From: an uncultured Chloroflexia bacterium
GTDB taxonomy: Bacteria > Chloroflexota > Limnocylindria > QHBO01
Reading direction: 5' to 3'
Length of the DNA stretch: 64,000 bases
Assembly: GCA_963760875.1 (NCBI GenBank)
Contig: CAVXEH010000003.1
Span: forward strand, 199,572 to 263,571
Shown piece after piece: positions 35,032 to 44,086 of the stretch (its first letter is position 1; each line of letters opens with the position of its first letter). The translations under genes were made by a program, and so were the position numbers. The notes under the pieces are model-generated. The model saw only the letters and a list, made by a program, of their open reading frames with translations, was not told the origin of the DNA and ran no database searches.

Positions 35032-38000
35032 GTGCACGGTTCCTCACAGAAGCTCCACCCAGGGGCACCGGACCGGCGACCAGCAGGAGCGACGGCGTTG
35101 CCAGCACAGACCCGCGACCGGGGAGGCGACTCCAACCCGCTGATCAGCGTGGCCCAGGCGGCCGCGCAGCTCGGGGTGCACCCCAACACCATCCGCGCCT
35201 GGACCGATGCCGGACGCCTCCCGGCCTTCCGCATCAACGCACGGGGTGACCGGCGGTTCCGGCGCTCCGACGTCGAGATGCTTCTCGCCGAGGGCGGCGA
35301 GCGGGTCCCACCGGCCGCGGGGACCGCGCTCCAGGCCTCGCACCACGACGCGGAGGTTGCCGTGCTGGCCCGGATCGCCCAGGGCGCCGGCGGACCCAGC
35401 CCCGTCGCAGTCTGCCGCGTGGTGATCGACGCGCTGCGGACGCAGCTCGGCTACGAGCGGGTGGCGATCTACCTCCAGTCGCGGGGCGCCATGCGCCTGG
35501 AGACGCACGCGGGCTTCCGCCAGCCGCCCTCCGCGACCATTGATCCGGACGCGCTCCGCGTCGTCGCGCAGGGTCCCTTCGAGGTCGACACCCTGGCCCC
35601 CATAGCCGCGCCCGCCGTGCGCCTGCCGATCCGCGCCGCCTCGGAGTTCCTTGGCGTGCTCGTCGTGGCCGGCCGGACCGACGGCACGCCCGCGGAAGAC
35701 GACTGCTCATTCCTCGAGACGGTTGCGAGTGCCCTGGGCACCGCGGTGCAGAACGCGCGGCTGCTGGCACGCGCCCGTCGCGAGCTGACCAGGGCGCGCG
35801 CGTTGCGCGGCACCATCCAGGAGCTGAGTGGCGAGCTCGACCTCCCGACGGTCCTCGACGGCATCGTCGACCGCAGCCGCGCGCTGTTCGGTGCCGAGAA
35901 GGTCGGCCTCTGGCTCCTGCTCGAGGCTGAGCCGCCCTTCCAGCTGGCCGCCGCGCGCGGGATCGGGGACGCCTTCCAGGCGCGCGTCCGGTCACTGACC
36001 GTGACGAGCCCCTCGGTGGGGGTGCGCGCCGCCATGGAGCGACGCACGCATGTGGTGCAGCACGCTTCGACCGATGCCCACGTGGGCGCCATGCAGGATA
36101 TCTACATCGAGGAGGGCATCGAGACGGCCTGCCTGGTGCCGCTCGTGACGAACGAGCAGACCATGGGCGTCCTGGGCCTGTACCACACCCGCCCGCACGA
36201 GTGGCCGGCCGAGGAGCTCAACCTGGCGCAGGCCCTTGCCAACCAGGCGGCGGTGGCCATCACCAACGCGCGGCTCTATCGCTCGGTGGCCGACCAGGCG
36301 GCACGCATGCGCTCCATCCAGGACCTGTCCGCCCGCCTCAACCGCCTGACCGATGTCCGCGCCATCGCGGATGCCATCGTCGCCGAGGCGTCGACCCTGG
36401 CCGAGTACCACGACATCCGGGTCTACGAGGTGGACTGGGAGCGGCGCACCTGCGAGCCCATCGCCTTCACGCGACGCCTGCTCGGCGAGGGCGGCGACTT
36501 CGTCGAGCGGCTGCGGGTCGGTATCGGTCCGGGATCCTTCACGGGCACCGCGGCGGAGACCGGCGAGGCGCTGCTGATCAACGACGCCCTCGAGGACCAG
36601 CGCGGGCACACCATCGACGGGACCGACGACATCGAGGAGTCGATGCTGGTGGTGCCCATGATGTTCGAGGGACGCGCGGTGGGCGTCCTCGCGCTCAGCA
36701 AGCTGGGCACAAACCAGTTCAGCACCGATGACCTCCAGACGATGTCGATCTTCGCGGGCTACGCGGCCCAGGCGATCGCCAACGCGCGGGCCTACGCCCA
36801 GCTCGAGCAGCAGTCGGGTGAGCTGGCCCGCCAGCTGCAGTCGCAGCGCCGGCTGCTGGAGATCAACGAGCAGCTGCTTTCCACCTTCGACCAGCAGCAC
36901 GTGCTCGAGCTCATCGCGGACGGGCTGCAGAGCGTGGTCCGCTACGACAACCTGTCGATCTATCGGGCCGATCACACCGAGCGGGTCATGCGGCCGGTGC
37001 TCACCCGCGAGCGCCATGCCGACGTCATCTCGCGCTACATCATCCCGTTCGGCCGCGGCCTGATGGGCTGGGCCGTGGACCATGGCGAACCGGTGCTCGC
37101 CAACGACGCGCTTAACGACCCGCGGGCGGTGCAGATCCCGGGCACGCCAGCCGATCCCGAGTCGCTCTGCGCGGTCCCGCTGCTGAGCAACGGGTTCGTC
37201 ATCGGCTCGCTGAACATCTCGCGCATCGGCGGTGCCGAGGCGCACTTCTCGGACTCCGACTTCGAGCTGATCAAGCTGTTCGCCGGCCAGGCCTCGATCG
37301 CGCTGCGCAACGCCGCGGCCCACCACGAGGTGCGGCAGCGAGCCGAGACCGACGCCCTGACCGGCCTTGGCAACCACGGCGCGTTCCAGCGCTACCTGGC
37401 GCAGGTCTTCGACACGGTGGACGACGAGGCGGGCGAGCCCCCGTTCGGGCTGCTGATGATGGACCTCGACCGGTTCAAGGAGTACAACGACGGCCTGGGC
37501 CACCCCGCCGGTGACGCGCTGCTGAACGCTGTTGGACAGGCGATCGTGCGCGCGGCGCGCGCGAATGACCGGGTCTTCCGCTACGGCGGTGACGAGTTCG
37601 TGGTCGTCCTGCAGGGGACGACGCCCGCGGAGGCCGTGCTTGCCGCCGACCGCATCCGGCGCGCGGTGGCGCGCATCACCGCGGGCGAGACATACCCGGT
37701 GACCATCACGGTGGGCGTGGGCGCCTACCCGGCCGACGCGCGCGACAAGAACGCCCTCATCAACGCGGCGGACACCGCCCTCTACTACGGCAAGCAGGCC
37801 GGCGAGAACCGCGTGGTCCGCATTGCTGACGTGCCCCGCGAGATGCGTGCCCTGCGCGGGACCCTCGACCAGCTGGCGCGCACCGCGCTCCTCCATCCCG
37901 AGGAGGCGGGAGCCATGGAACAGCTCGTCGAGCAGGCCGCGCGGCTGGGCTCTGGTATCGACGACGAGGCATCGGTCTCCCTCCGCGACGCGGTGCTGGG

Positions 38001-38508
38001 CATGGCCCGCAGCCTGGGCACCCAGGACGCCGACGGCCGGTCCCACGCGGACCGCGTCGCTCGCCTGGCCCGCGAGGTCGCGGAGCAACTGGGCTGCCCG
38101 GTCCACGAGGCCGATACGGTCGAGCTCGCGGCGCGCCTGCATGGCATCGAGGAAGTCCACGCCGAGACGCTGGACGCCGTTCGATCCCTGCACGGCGTCG
38201 CGGAGATCCTGGGCACCGAGCGTCGGCTGAGCAGCGGCGCCCGGCGACGCGGGCGCGGGCCTATCTCGCTCGGCGCAGAGATCGTCGCGGCAGCGAACCA
38301 GTTCGACGCGCTCGTCGACGGCCAGGCCGGCCGGCGCGCCATCGTCACGGCGCTCGAGGCGCTGCCGGACCGGGCGCCGGGCGTCCGTCGCGAGGTGATC
38401 GACGCAGTGCGAAGGGTCGTGCGCGGGTCGCCGAAGCGGCCCATCACCCGCGGCCGGCGACGGGTCGACGGCGCGGCGCCGGCGGTCGAGGAGCGCGGCG
38501 CCGCCTGA
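35032..38508 (+). CDS. Multidomain signalling protein (1158 aa) with an N-terminal excisionase/MerR-type HTH, three or four GAF domains, a GGDEF diguanylate cyclase domain and a degenerate HD-GYP-like domain
   Basis: HTH ISVAQAAAQLGVHPNTIRAWTDAGRLPAFRI. GAF repeats. An A-site RYGGDEF with the upstream D..DRFK metal site. The C-terminus has SHADRVARLA and AARLHGIEEV (HD to HG). The exact start is uncertain. Confidence 0.8.
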   Translation: MHGSSQKLHPGAPDRRPAGATALPAQTRDRGGDSNPLISVAQAAAQLGVHPNTIRAWTDAGRLPAFRINARGDRRFRRSDVEMLLAEGGERVPPAAGTALQASHHDAEVAVLARIAQGAGGPSPVAVCRVVIDALRTQLGYERVAIYLQSRGAMRLETHAGFRQPPSATIDPDALRVVAQGPFEVDTLAPIAAPAVRLPIRAASEFLGVLVVAGRTDGTPAEDDCSFLETVASALGTAVQNARLLARARRELTRARALRGTIQELSGELDLPTVLDGIVDRSRALFGAEKVGLWLLLEAEPPFQLAAARGIGDAFQARVRSLTVTSPSVGVRAAMERRTHVVQHASTDAHVGAMQDIYIEEGIETACLVPLVTNEQTMGVLGLYHTRPHEWPAEELNLAQALANQAAVAITNARLYRSVADQAARMRSIQDLSARLNRLTDVRAIADAIVAEASTLAEYHDIRVYEVDWERRTCEPIAFTRRLLGEGGDFVERLRVGIGPGSFTGTAAETGEALLINDALEDQRGHTIDGTDDIEESMLVVPMMFEGRAVGVLALSKLGTNQFSTDDLQTMSIFAGYAAQAIANARAYAQLEQQSGELARQLQSQRRLLEINEQLLSTFDQQHVLELIADGLQSVVRYDNLSIYRADHTERVMRPVLTRERHADVISRYIIPFGRGLMGWAVDHGEPVLANDALNDPRAVQIPGTPADPESLCAVPLLSNGFVIGSLNISRIGGAEAHFSDSDFELIKLFAGQASIALRNAAAHHEVRQRAETDALTGLGNHGAFQRYLAQVFDTVDDEAGEPPFGLLMMDLDRFKEYNDGLGHPAGDALLNAVGQAIVRAARANDRVFRYGGDEFVVVLQGTTPAEAVLAADRIRRAVARITAGETYPVTITVGVGAYPADARDKNALINAADTALYYGKQAGENRVVRIADVPREMRALRGTLDQLARTALLHPEEAGAMEQLVEQAARLGSGIDDEASVSLRDAVLGMARSLGTQDADGRSHADRVARLAREVAEQLGCPVHEADTVELAARLHGIEEVHAETLDAVRSLHGVAEILGTERRLSSGARRRGRGPISLGAEIVAAANQFDALVDGQAGRRAIVTALEALPDRAPGVRREVIDAVRRVVRGSPKRPITRGRRRVDGAAPAVEERGAA

Positions 38509-38561
38509 CTCGCGGCCGCTCCGGGGGGACTGGTCGCGAGGCTGGTATTATCGCGGCTCCC

Positions 38562-39323
38562 ATGCAGATCCGCCTCCTCGCTGCCCTGCGCCCCGGTCGA
38601 CATCGGCTCCGGTTGGCAGGCATCCTCTTGGTCCCCGTCCTGGTCGCGGCCTGCTCCTCCACCTCCACGCCGTCCGGCAGTCCCGGCGTTCCTTCTCCCA
38701 GCGGCATGACCTCCGCCCCAACGCCGTCGCCATCGCCCACGCCGCAACCGACGCCGGATTTCACGTCCGTGCCCGATCCGACCCTGTCCGCCCTCATCCC
38801 CGACACCCTCGAGGGCGCCGCGGTGACCAAGCCCGATCCGACCAGCTACGGCGTTTCGCCGGGCGACATGGGCTCGGTCTTCGGCGACATCGGGCTCCGG
38901 TTCCAGTCGCTGGTGGTTGCCTACATGATCAGGCCCAGGCTGTCCCTGTATGCGGCCCGCGTGGGCGGCGCACCCGTGGACACCGCGGACCTGCAGCCGT
39001 ACCTGGTCATGGCAGGCGTGTACGTCGGTGCCAGCGATCGCAACCCCGCACTGTGGAAGCCCGCGGTCGTGAGCGGCAACCGGGTCTGGACCCGTGGCGA
39101 GGACGAGGCAACGCTGCCGGGCACGACCTTCTACTGCTGGAGCTCCGGCCCGTACGTCTTCCTCCTGACCGGATCGAGCGATGCGGCCAACCGGGCCATG
39201 GTGAGCGCGCTGCCCGGCCAGCCGGCGCCCACCCCGGTCCCGACGGCGTCGCCGGCCGCCAGCGGCTCGGCCGCCGCCAGCGGCTCGGCCGCAGCCAGCG
39301 CCGCTTCCAGCGCCAGCCCGTAG
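38562..39323 (+). CDS. Hypothetical lipoprotein with Pro/Thr/Ser-rich linkers
   Basis: Lipobox VLVAACSS and PT/PS-rich low-complexity segments at both ends. Confidence 0.45.
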   Translation: MQIRLLAALRPGRHRLRLAGILLVPVLVAACSSTSTPSGSPGVPSPSGMTSAPTPSPSPTPQPTPDFTSVPDPTLSALIPDTLEGAAVTKPDPTSYGVSPGDMGSVFGDIGLRFQSLVVAYMIRPRLSLYAARVGGAPVDTADLQPYLVMAGVYVGASDRNPALWKPAVVSGNRVWTRGEDEATLPGTTFYCWSSGPYVFLLTGSSDAANRAMVSALPGQPAPTPVPTASPAASGSAAASGSAAASAASSASP

Positions 39324-39394
39324 GGCCCTGAACCCGGGCGGTCGGCCCGGACCGCGGACGGCGCCCGAACCGACGAGCGCGTACCATCGGCCGC

Positions 39395-40450
39395 ATGGCG
39401 AGCACCGAGCTGCCCGACGCGGACTGGGGAGACGAGAGCGCCCTCGACGATCACGCCGGCCGCAAGCGCGACCGGCTGGCGCGCCTGCTGCGCGTGGCCT
39501 CGATCCTGTACAGCGCGGGCAGCGGCGAGCAGGGCGTCCCCGTCTCGGAGATCGCCCGCCTGACCGGGATGACGACCCGCACCGTCTACCGGGACATCAA
39601 CGCCCTGGACAGCGAGCTGGGGATCCCCATCTTTTCTGCGGGACGCGGCCGGTACGGCATCGAGCGCAAGTACTTCCTGCCCCCGCTGCACCTGTCCGTC
39701 CCGGAGGCCATCGTCCTCTTCCTGGCCGCGCGCCTCATCGCGCGCTGGAGCGACGAGTACGACCAGGCCGTGGTGAGCGCCTTCACCAAGCTCGCCGACC
39801 TGCTGCCGCAGCCGATCGCCCGCCACGTCGCCGCCACCATGCTGGCGGTGGGCGCCCACTCCCCGAACGAGCCGTTCACCCGCACCTTCTCGACGGTGGC
39901 TCGCGCCTGGGCGGAGGGTCGCGTGGTGGAGATCGACTACGAGCCGGGCGAGGGAACCCGCCGCGTCACCCGCGTGCGTCCGTACTTCCTGGAGCCCGAT
40001 GCCGCGCTGCGCAGCGTCTACCTCATCGGCTTCGACGAGGGGGCCGATGCCATGCGCACCTTCAAGGTCGAGCGCATCCGCGCCGCGACCCTGCTGGCCG
40101 AGCGGTACGAGATTCCCCCGGGCTTCGACCCCGACCGGTGGCTCGCACACTCCTGGGGGATCTGGTCGTCCGATACCACGCCCACCGTCGAGGTCCGGCT
40201 CCGGTTCGACCCCGGCGTGGCACACCGCGTGCGGGAGGCGGTCTGGCATCGGTCCCAGCGGCTCACGGAGCTGCCCGGCGGCGGCGTGGAGCTGAGCGTG
40301 ACGGTGGCCGGTATCGTGGAGATTCGACCGTGGATCCTGTCCTGGGGCGACGGCGTGGAGGTCCTGGCGCCGCCCGACCTGCGCGCCTCCGTGTCCGCGG
40401 CGGTCACCGCGGCGGCGGCCCGCTATGGTGAGCACCCTGACGGTGGCTGA
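39395..40450 (+). CDS. WYL-domain transcriptional regulator (HTH + WYL + WCX, PafBC/YafY-like)
   Basis: HTH VSEIARLTGMTTRTVYRDINALD. WYL core VEIDYEPGEGTRRVTRVRPYFLE...YLIGFDEGADAMRTFKVERI. Confidence 0.7.
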   Translation: MASTELPDADWGDESALDDHAGRKRDRLARLLRVASILYSAGSGEQGVPVSEIARLTGMTTRTVYRDINALDSELGIPIFSAGRGRYGIERKYFLPPLHLSVPEAIVLFLAARLIARWSDEYDQAVVSAFTKLADLLPQPIARHVAATMLAVGAHSPNEPFTRTFSTVARAWAEGRVVEIDYEPGEGTRRVTRVRPYFLEPDAALRSVYLIGFDEGADAMRTFKVERIRAATLLAERYEIPPGFDPDRWLAHSWGIWSSDTTPTVEVRLRFDPGVAHRVREAVWHRSQRLTELPGGGVELSVTVAGIVEIRPWILSWGDGVEVLAPPDLRASVSAAVTAAAARYGEHPDGG

Positions 40451-41117
40451 GGGCGACGAGGTCGAGCTGAAGCTCCTGGCCATCGACGGGCGGCCGCTCG
40501 AGGCCCTGGCGGCGCGGCAGACGCTGGGACCGGCGCGCCTTGGGGCGGTGCGCGTGAGCGACGAGATGGACCGATATCTCGACACCGCGGACGGGCGGCT
40601 CAGCGCCGCTCGCTGGGCATGCCGCCTGCGGACTCGTGGAGGCCGCACCATCGTGTCGCTCAAAGGCCCCAGCCGATCGACCGGCGACGACGCTGCCCTC
40701 CACCAGCGCCCGGAACGCGAGGGGCCGGCGGAGGACCGCCTGGATCCTGCGTCGTGGCCGCCCTCCGAGGCCCGGGACCTGCTGCTGGAGCTCTCCGCGG
40801 ACCGGCCCCTGGTGGAACGCCTGGCGCTGCGCCAGGAGCGCTCGGAGCGCGCGGTTCAGGCGGGGGGCACGCGCGTCGGCACGCTGAGCCTCGATCGGGT
40901 GGACGTCCTCCGCCGGGGAGAGGGCGTGGGACGCCTGTTCGTGGTCGAGCTGGAGCTCGCCGGAGATGCGGCGCGAGACGCCTCGCTCATCGGCGAGCTT
41001 TCGTCGGCGCTCGCCACGGTGCCCGGGCTAAGCGCCGATCCGTCGAGCAAGCTCGAGCACGCACTGGCCCTTGTCGCCGGCGCACCGGCGGCATCCGCCT
41101 CGTCGCCGCTGACGTGA
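40425..41117 (+). CDS. CYTH-domain protein (triphosphate tunnel metalloenzyme / class IV adenylate cyclase-like)
   Basis: N-terminal ExExK (EVELKLL) and a C-terminal acidic ELELA motif. It overlaps the WYL gene by 26 nt. Confidence 0.55.
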   Translation: MVSTLTVAEGDEVELKLLAIDGRPLEALAARQTLGPARLGAVRVSDEMDRYLDTADGRLSAARWACRLRTRGGRTIVSLKGPSRSTGDDAALHQRPEREGPAEDRLDPASWPPSEARDLLLELSADRPLVERLALRQERSERAVQAGGTRVGTLSLDRVDVLRRGEGVGRLFVVELELAGDAARDASLIGELSSALATVPGLSADPSSKLEHALALVAGAPAASASSPLT

Positions 41118-43330
41118 TCCGAATCGGGCCGGCCCGGCTGGCGGCCGGGGAGGTCGTGGCCCTCGGGGCGGGCTTGGCGACCTTTGGCTACCTGGCCTGG
41201 GACCAGGCGCTGTGGGATGCGCGCTTCCAGGCAGCGCTGCACGTCATCGCCGCGGGCGCGATCGTGGGGATGGCTCTGCTGGCCCTGCGGCAGGTGCCCG
41301 TGCCGCGCACGAGGCTGGAGACGCCGCTGCTGCTCGTCCTCGTCGTGCTGGGCGCGGCGACCGTCGGCAGCCAGAACCTCGGCCTCTCGGCGGCATCGCT
41401 TGCGGCCTCGATCTGCTGGGTGCTGCTGCTGCCGGTGGCGATGGTGGTCGTGCGGCGGCGGCCCACCCTGGCCGTGCTGGCGGTCTCCATCCCGATCGCG
41501 GGACTGGCGGTTGGCACGCTGTTCTTCATGCTCGGCCGGCGGATCGGCTGGATCCTCGCCGACGGCCCCGGGCTGCCGCCGGTCAGGATGCCCGGCGAGT
41601 CGACGCCCTTCGGCTCGGTGGCCGTCGTCCCGTTCGTGCTGCTCGCGTGCCTTGGTCTCACGCCCCTTGTGCGCCCCATTGGCGTGCGACGCGCGCTGCA
41701 GGCGCTCCTGGTGCTCCTTGGCGTGCCTCTTGGATTCCTGTCGGGCTCGCGTTCCGCGTGGCTAGCCCTCGGGACGGCCGGGCTGGTCTTCGTCGTCACG
41801 CAGGTGCGGCGCAGTGGCTGGCGGATCTCGCTCCCGCGCCGCCCGGCGATGGTCGGAGCTGTTGTTGCCGGCCTCGCGGTCCTGGCGGCCGGAGCCATCT
41901 TCGTCGCTCAGCGGGTCACGGCTCTCACGTCGATCCTGTATCGCGAGAACCTCTGGCGGGACACGCTGAGAGCCTGGTCGGATCACCCCCTGCTGGGCGT
42001 GGGCCCCGGCGTCATGCCGCTCGCGCGGCAGGCGGCCGCCGCACCGGGCACCTTCCCCGCGGTGCAGCCGCACTCCCACGATCTCGCCCTGGGCCTGCTG
42101 GGGGACGCCGGGGTCATGGGGCTCGCGGCGGGGCTGATCCTCGTCGGGGCGTTCCTGTGGAGTGCCGGGCCGCATCGCTCCCGGACCGTCCGGGGTCGGG
42201 CCGCAGCGTCGATCCTCGTCGGGTTCCTGGTCGCGGGCCTCTCCGAGGACCTCACGTTCATCCCCGGATTCGACCTGCTGATCCTCCTCCTGGTCGCCGT
42301 GGCGCTCGAGGATGCCGGTGTGGTGCGTTGGCAACCGGTGGCACGCCTGCGACCAGGCAGCGCCACGCGGCCGGTCTTCGTGGGAGCGGCCCTGGTCTTC
42401 GCCGCCGCGCTCATCCTGCCCGCCGGCCTCACCGACACGTCCGCGGTGGTGTACCGGGTTGCCGCAGACCAGGCCTGGGCCCGCCAGTGGCCGGCGGCCA
42501 CGGCGCAGTACAGGACTGCCGTGGCGCTGGATCCGTGGCAGCCCGCCGGGCCCAAGGCCCTGGCGGTGGCCGCGGACAATGCGGGTGACGCCGCAAGCGC
42601 GCTGGCCGCCGCGAGACGGGCCACCGAGCTCAGCGCGGGCGACGACGAGTCGTGGACGAACCTCGCCATCCTGTGCGCGGCGGACGGCGACCGAGCCTGC
42701 GCGGCGAACGCCGCGCAGAAGGCGGTTGACTACACCCCGACCGGAGGCTCCGAGCTGGCAAATGCTGCCCTGGTCCTGGAGCACCTGGGAAATCACGAGG
42801 CCGCCGATGACGCCTACCGGCAGTCGGCGCTGGTCAACCCCCAGACCACGATCGTCCTCGCCTGGCCCCGGCAGATCGATCCCGGCTCGACGGTCCCGCC
42901 GGAGCTGGACCCAACCAGCGGCGAGCTCAACCTGCTCGTGGCCACGCGCACGACGGGGGGCACCGTGGATCCCGCGCAGTACGCGGCGCCGGCTGTCCGG
43001 GCCTTCGCCCTCGCGATGGTCGGGGACCGAAGCGGGGCGCTCATGGCGATGGACACCGCCCAGCGCAGCGCCCCGCACGACGTCCTGACCTGGGACGTCT
43101 CCGTGCTCCTGCTCCGACACTGGAACCTCGACGCCACGCGGGCGGTCCGGATCGACGAGGCGCTTCGGGGCGGTCCGCTGGCCCGGGGCGGAGCGGAGCC
43201 CGCGCGGCTGACCTGGGACGTGGCCACCTTCCGCGCCTTTCCCGCGGACGGGCTCGTGAGCGGCGCCACCCGACTCCTCTCACCCGATTCCTGGCTGGAC
43301 GAGATGGGACGGCTGCTGCCGCCGTCCTGA
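41114..43330 (+). CDS. O-antigen ligase/Wzy_C-family polytopic membrane protein with C-terminal TPR repeats
   Basis: About 10 TM helices. Wzy_C signature YRENLWRDTLRAWSDHPLLGVGPG. C-terminal TPR-like repeats. The GTG start at 41114 overlaps the CYTH stop. The track ORF start at 40619 is rejected. Confidence 0.6.
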   Translation: MIRIGPARLAAGEVVALGAGLATFGYLAWDQALWDARFQAALHVIAAGAIVGMALLALRQVPVPRTRLETPLLLVLVVLGAATVGSQNLGLSAASLAASICWVLLLPVAMVVVRRRPTLAVLAVSIPIAGLAVGTLFFMLGRRIGWILADGPGLPPVRMPGESTPFGSVAVVPFVLLACLGLTPLVRPIGVRRALQALLVLLGVPLGFLSGSRSAWLALGTAGLVFVVTQVRRSGWRISLPRRPAMVGAVVAGLAVLAAGAIFVAQRVTALTSILYRENLWRDTLRAWSDHPLLGVGPGVMPLARQAAAAPGTFPAVQPHSHDLALGLLGDAGVMGLAAGLILVGAFLWSAGPHRSRTVRGRAAASILVGFLVAGLSEDLTFIPGFDLLILLLVAVALEDAGVVRWQPVARLRPGSATRPVFVGAALVFAAALILPAGLTDTSAVVYRVAADQAWARQWPAATAQYRTAVALDPWQPAGPKALAVAADNAGDAASALAAARRATELSAGDDESWTNLAILCAADGDRACAANAAQKAVDYTPTGGSELANAALVLEHLGNHEAADDAYRQSALVNPQTTIVLAWPRQIDPGSTVPPELDPTSGELNLLVATRTTGGTVDPAQYAAPAVRAFALAMVGDRSGALMAMDTAQRSAPHDVLTWDVSVLLLRHWNLDATRAVRIDEALRGGPLARGGAEPARLTWDVATFRAFPADGLVSGATRLLSPDSWLDEMGRLLPPS

Positions 43331-43377
43331 CCGCACGGTGCCGGATGCGCCTCGCGGGAGGCACCCCGGGCAGATGG

Positions 43378-44076
43378 TCAGCCGCGCTCGAGCGGCAGCC
43401 GCAGCAGCAGGGCGAGCGTGGGCCGCGGACGGGGCTCGGCCGGGACGACGGGGGCCCGCAGCCACGCATCACCTGCCGCGCCACCCCGGTACCGTGCGGT
43501 CAGACAGCGCGCTGAGAGCCCCTCGATGCCCAGCAGCGCCAGGGCTTCGGCCACGAGGGTTCCCTCTCTGGGATACCCGTGGCCCACGATGGCGCGATCG
43601 CCGGGGGCCAGCACCTCGTGGAGCTGCTGCCGGCGTGCGGCAAAGGGACGGCGCATGAGTGAGGCGCCGCCGCTCCACAACAGGTCGGAGGCGACGTACG
43701 CCGGCCGGCCGGCCCGGCGAAGCGCCGATCCCCGTCCCAGGCGCTGGCGGAGGAGACCGCCATCGGGGCGGCCGGCGTCGTCGAGGACGAGCAGCGTCCC
43801 GTCAAGGACAACGGCGTTCCCGGTCACCTGGCCGGGCAGGTCGTCGAGCTCCGGGAAGGCCGCCAGCGCGTCGGAGAGCCCTGCGACCTGCAGGCGCAGC
43901 CGGCCGTCCTCGATGAACGCGAGCGAACGGACGCCCGGCCACCACGGCTCGAACCAGAACTCGGGATCGTCGAACGGCGCGTCGACCGTGGTGGCCTGCA
44001 TGGGCCGCACCAGTGCGGGCAGCCGCCGGGACACCGATTCCGATTCGAGGGGCAGGCTGAGCTGGTCGCCGGTCAC
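43378..44076 (-). CDS. LigD-ligase-domain-like protein with degenerate nucleotidyltransferase motifs (catalytically inactive 'pseudo-ligase')
   Basis: It aligns along its length to the adenylation domain of ATP-dependent ligases (PMQATTVDAPFDDPEFWFE..., LDGTLLVLDD, DLLWSGGASLMRRPFAARRQQL, IEGLSAR). Motif I KxDGxR is replaced by PWWPGVR. The motif V Lys residues are replaced too. Confidence 0.6.
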   Translation of the reverse strand: MTGDQLSLPLESESVSRRLPALVRPMQATTVDAPFDDPEFWFEPWWPGVRSLAFIEDGRLRLQVAGLSDALAAFPELDDLPGQVTGNAVVLDGTLLVLDDAGRPDGGLLRQRLGRGSALRRAGRPAYVASDLLWSGGASLMRRPFAARRQQLHEVLAPGDRAIVGHGYPREGTLVAEALALLGIEGLSARCLTARYRGGAAGDAWLRAPVVPAEPRPRPTLALLLRLPLERG

Positions 44077-44086
44077 GCGCGCACGC

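Noticed and set aside
35992-38193. 733-aa minus-strand ORF opposite the GAF-GGDEF protein
   Set aside because: It is antisense to a gene with canonical GGDEF and GAF motifs, and it has no domains.
39230-39320. GCCGCCAGCGGCTCGGCC tandem repeats
   Set aside because: They encode the low-complexity (AASGS)n C-terminus of the lipoprotein. They are not a CRISPR or mobile-element repeat.
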